Origin: a virus
Taxonomy: Duplodnaviria > Caudoviricetes
Length of the DNA stretch: 64,000 nucleotides
Virus record (IMG/VR): IMGVR_UViG_3300024493_000235
Location: 64,001 to 128,000 of that record
Strand: one strand, 5' to 3'
Shown here: piece after piece, positions 59,124-64,000 of the stretch
How positions within the stretch are numbered: the stretch's first letter is position 1
Layout of the letters: every line of letters begins with the position of its first letter
Made by a program: the position numbers and the translations under genes
The notes under the pieces: model-generated
Told to the model about the DNA's origin: nothing
Seen by the model: only the letters and a program-made list of their open reading frames with translations
Databases searched by the model: none

Positions 59124-59250
59124 ATACTTAACATTTATGTAAACGATACAAGGTAGAATACTATATATCGTTTGGGCGACAATATTATTAGCATTCTACC
59201 AAAAGATGCGTTTCGAAAACAATACTAATTCAAGAAGGAGAATTAAAGTT

Positions 59251-60408
59251 ATGGCCAGAATTGAAGAAATCACACTCGAAAGTTTGTTAAATCCGCAGAG
59301 CGAATTGTATGTCGATCCGGCTGATGCTCTTGTAAGCGACGACCCAGCCGAGGTTGCCATCGAATGTATGGATATCCTTGATGAACTCCACACGCTCCAG
59401 GGAAATCTTCTGTCATACGAAGCTGCCAAGGCTGTCAAGAAAGCCAAATCCGCTTCTAAGAAGAAGAAAATCGTGAAAACGAAAATGAAAGCCAAGGACG
59501 CCAAAGCAAAACTCAAGGATCCGAAAACACTTAAGGTGAAGAAAGTCACCAAGGAATCCGATGCCGCCACCGACGGTGGAACTGGCCCGCTGCCGACAAC
59601 CGCCGATACGAATGGTCTTACCGAAACCGATTTGGATGTTGACCCGGATGCCGAAGTCGAAGTTTCCGAAGTTTCCGACGAGACACTGCCCGATGACAAC
59701 TCCGCAAATGCTGCCGCCACAGAAGGCGTTGATTTCTGGGTTGAATACGAAGATGCAGGAATCGTAACATTGGAAGCGAACGTGAAAGAAAATCTCAAGA
59801 AGTTCGGCGAAGCCATCGTTAAGATGCTTAAAGCCGTGGCCGATTTCTTTGTATCAATTGGAAAGAAATTTATCGGGATTTTCCAGAACGTCGAGCAGTA
59901 TTACAAGACAAACAAAGCCGCCGTTGATGCCGGATTTACAGACGGGTTTGAAATGCAGTCGAAATTCAAACTCGATGCCGGTGTGCTCGCCAAAATCGGC
60001 GAAGCCATAAAAACTCAGATGGATTCCGCCGTTGATACGGGCGAAGAGCAAAAAACAATTACTGGCCTCTTTACTGAACTTGGCGAAAACGGGAAGGTAA
60101 CCAATAAGGATTGTGGATTCTCAAGTGGAAACGATATTGTCGGATGCTTTAACGGCACAGTAAAGAAAGCCGTAAACGACTGTATTGCTGCGGCCAAGAA
60201 AAAGGGTGCCGAGAAAACTGCTGCGGCCAAGAAAGCTGCCGACAGTGGCAACAAGGAAGAACTCACCAAGATTAAAAAGGATGCCAGCAATATGCAGAGG
60301 AGTGCATCCACATTGTACAAAGAATACGGAAAAGCTGCTGCATACGGAATGAAAATTCTCCATGCCGCCGCTGCCGCCGGTTCAAAGAAAGCCCCCGCGG
60401 CCAAATAA
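59251..60408 (+). CDS. abundant internal head protein candidate
   Basis: EITLESLL, IECMDI, LLSYEAAK, GGTGPLPT; K/A-rich with strong codon bias. Confidence 0.65.
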   Translation: MARIEEITLESLLNPQSELYVDPADALVSDDPAEVAIECMDILDELHTLQGNLLSYEAAKAVKKAKSASKKKKIVKTKMKAKDAKAKLKDPKTLKVKKVTKESDAATDGGTGPLPTTADTNGLTETDLDVDPDAEVEVSEVSDETLPDDNSANAAATEGVDFWVEYEDAGIVTLEANVKENLKKFGEAIVKMLKAVADFFVSIGKKFIGIFQNVEQYYKTNKAAVDAGFTDGFEMQSKFKLDAGVLAKIGEAIKTQMDSAVDTGEEQKTITGLFTELGENGKVTNKDCGFSSGNDIVGCFNGTVKKAVNDCIAAAKKKGAEKTAAAKKAADSGNKEELTKIKKDASNMQRSASTLYKEYGKAAAYGMKILHAAAAAGSKKAPAAK

Positions 60409-60421
60409 CTGATTTTTAAAT

Positions 60422-60495
60422 CCTAGGGCTATAATGGCCCTAGGGTATTTTTCTTCAATTTACCCCCCCCCGATATTGAAACAATATAATAATCT
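60422..60495 (+). repeat. terminator + poly-C(9) + late promoter module, copy 2
   Basis: Duplicate of 56534-56609. Confidence 0.9.
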
Positions 60496-60516
60496 TAGAA
60501 TTGGAGGATTTACATC

Positions 60517-61614
60517 ATGTATGTAAAAGAAGTTACCCTTGAAGAATTACTTGATGATAATTATGGTAAAGATACAACCTTGGAAAACGTAATATCCGAA
60601 GAAGATTATGAACTTATAGATATTACAACCACATGTGATTTACTTGATATGGCGGTGGATATGAATGACGGCATCGATTATCTAGCTGCATGTATGATGC
60701 ACGGTACCAAAATAGGCGATACCATATACACCATAGAAGGTGTAAAAGAAGCGGCAAAAACTATTATTGCTTTCATAGGTAAAGCAATTCAATTATGTCT
60801 TTCGTTATTGTCCCGATTAGGCACAATAATAGTCTTTCCAGTCTTACTTCTCATAAAATTCTTCGGAAAAATTCCAATGAAAAAGTTTTTAAACGCCATA
60901 AAAGAAAGCTGGCATGAAACAGATCAACTGTTTTTAAACGCACTTGTTCCATTTGTAAGTTCAGACATAACTCAAGAAATAAACAAAATTGATCTTGAAC
61001 TTAGAAGAGAAACGAATGATGGTATTTCACTTCTGGAAGACGCCATATTAAACGCTAAGCATGATTTGGCGGTTATCTCTATAAAAAATACACGTGACGC
61101 TATGGAACGTCAACAGAAGAAAAACGAATTCCAAGTGAACTCATTTAATATGCAAATTGATGAGATATTATCTTTATATGATGATATCGAAAAAGAGTCT
61201 AAATCAAGAAAAGAACAATGGGAAAATTCGACTAGCAAACAGTACCAAAAAGATTTTGACAGTATATACAACAACTTTTCTGATGCACATGTATTCGGCG
61301 ACATTGAAAGATGGGGTGCAAATAATATAAAGCGACAATGCGAAGAGAGTGAAAAACATCTTCAAAAAATAGCAAAAGATATTCAAAATATATCTTTCGA
61401 TGATACCGATGCAACCATTCCTGAAGATGAAGTACGAAATTTTAGGGTGTGTATATTAAATATGGTAAACGGTGTTAGAAGTATAATACAATGCCGTATT
61501 AAATTATGCACAATTAGGAATAAATTTTCATTTCGCGTATGCCAAAATGTAAAAAAAATTTACGATTCTATAGGGCGTAAACAGCAAGATGAAAATCTTG
61601 AACTGCGGAAATGA
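60517..61614 (+). CDS. putative internal head protein
   Basis: KEVTLEELL; TIE followed by an amphipathic helix. Confidence 0.6.
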   Translation: MYVKEVTLEELLDDNYGKDTTLENVISEEDYELIDITTTCDLLDMAVDMNDGIDYLAACMMHGTKIGDTIYTIEGVKEAAKTIIAFIGKAIQLCLSLLSRLGTIIVFPVLLLIKFFGKIPMKKFLNAIKESWHETDQLFLNALVPFVSSDITQEINKIDLELRRETNDGISLLEDAILNAKHDLAVISIKNTRDAMERQQKKNEFQVNSFNMQIDEILSLYDDIEKESKSRKEQWENSTSKQYQKDFDSIYNNFSDAHVFGDIERWGANNIKRQCEESEKHLQKIAKDIQNISFDDTDATIPEDEVRNFRVCILNMVNGVRSIIQCRIKLCTIRNKFSFRVCQNVKKIYDSIGRKQQDENLELRK

Positions 61615-61653
61615 TACAAATAATATCCGGGCCATTATGGCCCGGATATATGT

Positions 61654-63312
61654 TTAAAAGAATGCGAATCGCGTTCTCAATGCTGCTTTTACATCGTCAC
61701 CAAAAGGAAGACTTAACATAAGCAATTCATTCGGTAACCCATTTTGCACACAATATTTTATTGCAATCTTTCGTAAGCGAGGAATATCTGCTAACACCTG
61801 TCTAAAAATATCCATTTTCTCTGCCGCCGATATTCCAGAAATATTTCCGCCAAAACGATCTGGATCCACCTCATCTGCAAGTTCCTGTTGACGATTCTTT
61901 CCAGAAGCATGAGTTCCTGTACCGGCATTTCCTGCATATGCCATGTGCCCATATTCATGACCTACGATAAATAAATACCAATTATTTTTATCGGTATCTT
62001 TCCAACTTGCAATCAGGGACGAGACGACAATTGCAATATTTTTTGTCGCATTATTGATGCATTGTTTTACCTCATCAATTGACATTTCACGCCGTGAACC
62101 ATCTGAGTTTATTTGTAACAATGTTTCCATTACAGGAAGACATACGGCTCCTCCGTGTATTGCAACTGTTGCATCGTCAACATATACGCTTATATCACCA
62201 ATTGTATCAATAGGATCTTTGCTTCCATCTCTAGGTACAAATATACCGTCATGAATAGCACCGCCTATTTTTGCTATATTGTGTACAGAGGAATCGATGG
62301 TTCTAAAATACTTTGCAATTGCAACATTTTGTTTTGCAATTTCATTCACATCGTAACGAATGCAGTTCAATGCTTGTTGGATTATTTGCCTATATTTTGA
62401 TGGCATCTTTTCAAAAAGAGTTTGACTTGTCATTCTTTCAAATATCTTTTCAACGTTAGATAATTCTTTTGTAAAATCCAAAAGTTCTTTTGAAAGATTT
62501 TTCGTGTCTGAGTCGAGTTTTTCTCGAAGATTCTCAGAAAGAGTCAATATTTCTCCTAAGCTGCGTACAACTTCAGGACCCTTTAAATCTTTAAATGTCC
62601 TGTCGCTATTTAATACTTCAAGATTCTGTAAGAGGGTCTCTGCATTAAACGAGTTTCTCTCATCCTTTTTTTCTTCGCGAATTCGTACATGATCCACAAG
62701 TTTTCCGAATTCAGAAGACGAGTCTATTTTATGTACATCATTTACAACACCGTTTACAGTTTTAAAATCTCCTGCGAATAACCAAGAAGCAGCACTTTCG
62801 ATTTCTTTCAAAAACTGTCGTAATTCTTTTGCGTTTTCGTATTCCCTTGGAATAAGTGCTTGTAACTCTTTGTATGTTTTGGGGGCGTCACGTGCAATAT
62901 CACCGATGTTTGTTTTTACACGAACAGAATCGCAACTTAATCCGCCACTACCCGTTTTTAAATATGCGTCAACGTTTTGTTTAGTTTTCCATCTCATAAT
63001 CATTCTGAGAGGCCATGTGATTATGGAAAAAATAAACTTCATAACGTTATTTATAAAACGCGTAATTGCAAGAAAAACATTTTTAGCTCCGGTCTTAAAT
63101 TTGTTCCAAGCTTCCCCTTCTGTTGTAATGTTTAACGTATCGCATACAACACTTGCAGATTCAAACACCATACATTCCTGAATGAGTTCCATAACTTCGA
63201 TATTTTCACATTGAAGTTCAATGAATTGACCTGCAAGTTCGTCGTAATCTTCGCATACAACTTCAGGTTCTTCTTCTTTAAGTAATTCACTTAAAGTTAC
63301 TTCTTTCACCAT
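61654..63312 (-). CDS. putative internal head protein with C-terminal HExxH metallopeptidase-like domain
   Basis: KEVTLSELLKEEEPEVV; TTE-GEAWNKFK; IVGHEYGH...EVDPD; late promoter 63336-63347. Confidence 0.65.
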   Translation of the reverse strand: MVKEVTLSELLKEEEPEVVCEDYDELAGQFIELQCENIEVMELIQECMVFESASVVCDTLNITTEGEAWNKFKTGAKNVFLAITRFINNVMKFIFSIITWPLRMIMRWKTKQNVDAYLKTGSGGLSCDSVRVKTNIGDIARDAPKTYKELQALIPREYENAKELRQFLKEIESAASWLFAGDFKTVNGVVNDVHKIDSSSEFGKLVDHVRIREEKKDERNSFNAETLLQNLEVLNSDRTFKDLKGPEVVRSLGEILTLSENLREKLDSDTKNLSKELLDFTKELSNVEKIFERMTSQTLFEKMPSKYRQIIQQALNCIRYDVNEIAKQNVAIAKYFRTIDSSVHNIAKIGGAIHDGIFVPRDGSKDPIDTIGDISVYVDDATVAIHGGAVCLPVMETLLQINSDGSRREMSIDEVKQCINNATKNIAIVVSSLIASWKDTDKNNWYLFIVGHEYGHMAYAGNAGTGTHASGKNRQQELADEVDPDRFGGNISGISAAEKMDIFRQVLADIPRLRKIAIKYCVQNGLPNELLMLSLPFGDDVKAALRTRFAFF

Positions 63313-63397
63313 ATAATTCTCCCTTTCTTTTATTTTATCAAAATGTTTTTGCGTATTAAATCAATACTTCTAGGGCCATTATGGCCCTAGAAGATTA

Positions 63398-64000
63398 TTA
63401 TGTATTAGACATAGCTTGTGCTTTTAATACCTTGGTACACTCTATGGAAATCTCTGCACACTTAGAAAGTACATCTTTCCATGCAGCATCCATCGCCTCA
63501 TATTTCTCAGTTGAAATCGTTGCAGGGTTTGCATTATCCCGTACAAATTGATAAAACAGCCTTTTTTCAATGGAACTGTCTTGAATGTTTGGAGTATAAT
63601 GCTTATACCACTGTCGTACAAATAATACCGATAGCACTAAAAGCGGAGAATCAAATCTCTCCAGTGTGACTTCATCTTCTTCTATACCTGCAAGAAGTGC
63701 AAGACGAGATCTATTCCATCGTAGCATACTTCCAACAAAGTTACCAATTGTATACTCCTTGTTGTTTGTTGTAAGCATACCGGAAAACAACAGTTTATTT
63801 GCACGGGCAATAATATCGTGAAGTTTCTTGGAGTCGTTGAGCTCGTTATATAAAAAGCTTTTTGCGGCATCCGTTTCAGTTCTCGAATCAAGATACTTTT
63901 TGAAAGATTCAAGTATCCAAGCAGGCCCCTGTGTGGCATATTCACTGAATTTTTTATCAAAGACTTTTTGTGCGATACCGGTATCTTCAAATTCTTTTTG
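63398..64000 (-). CDS. partial hypothetical protein (5' end outside the window)
   Basis: Frame of the 63398..63790 ORF stays open to position 64000. Confidence 0.7.
   Translation of the reverse strand, partial: QKEFEDTGIAQKVFDKKFSEYATQGPAWILESFKKYLDSRTETDAAKSFLYNELNDSKKLHDIIARANKLLFSGMLTTNNKEYTIGNFVGSMLRWNRSRLALLAGIEEDEVTLERFDSPLLVLSVLFVRQWYKHYTPNIQDSSIEKRLFYQFVRDNANPATISTEKYEAMDAAWKDVLSKCAEISIECTKVLKAQAMSNT

Noticed and set aside
63682-63990. Separate 102 aa ORF or frameshift
   Set aside because: The 63398 frame is itself open to the window edge
1-64000. Alternative genetic code (TAG reassignment)
   Set aside because: Long genes are intact under code 11 and several end at TAG directly before a terminator or the next RBS

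Overview
This window is a 64 kb segment of an AT-rich jumbo myophage, probably of the phiKZ/AR9(PBS1)-like type. It contains the likely tail tube, tail sheath, major capsid, baseplate and internal head genes, a RusA resolvase and an amidase. Two promoter classes can be read directly from the DNA. AACA-N6-T(A/G) precedes 13 structural, lysis or other putative late transcription units and matches the AR9 late consensus. TATATAT(A/C)AT precedes about 20 accessory units. Units end in a family of GGCC-core hairpins. Main highlights: (1) five dispersed copies of a covarying, bulged 70-80 nt hairpin sitting between an early promoter and a start codon, a candidate new structured RNA leader; (2) a PurZ-like gene (2-aminoadenine pathway) between two of three paralogous nuclease-like/DNA-methyltransferase fusions; (3) four ABC-ATPase/DUF3696-like fragments lacking Walker A, possibly decoys against host defence; (4) a shared N-terminal E-[VI]-[TS]-L-x-x-[LI]-L tag on head proteins; (5) a duplicated late promoter with a poly-C tract, a pseudoknot-like leader and a candidate -1 frameshift. 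All product calls come from motif recognition by eye; no database searches were run.
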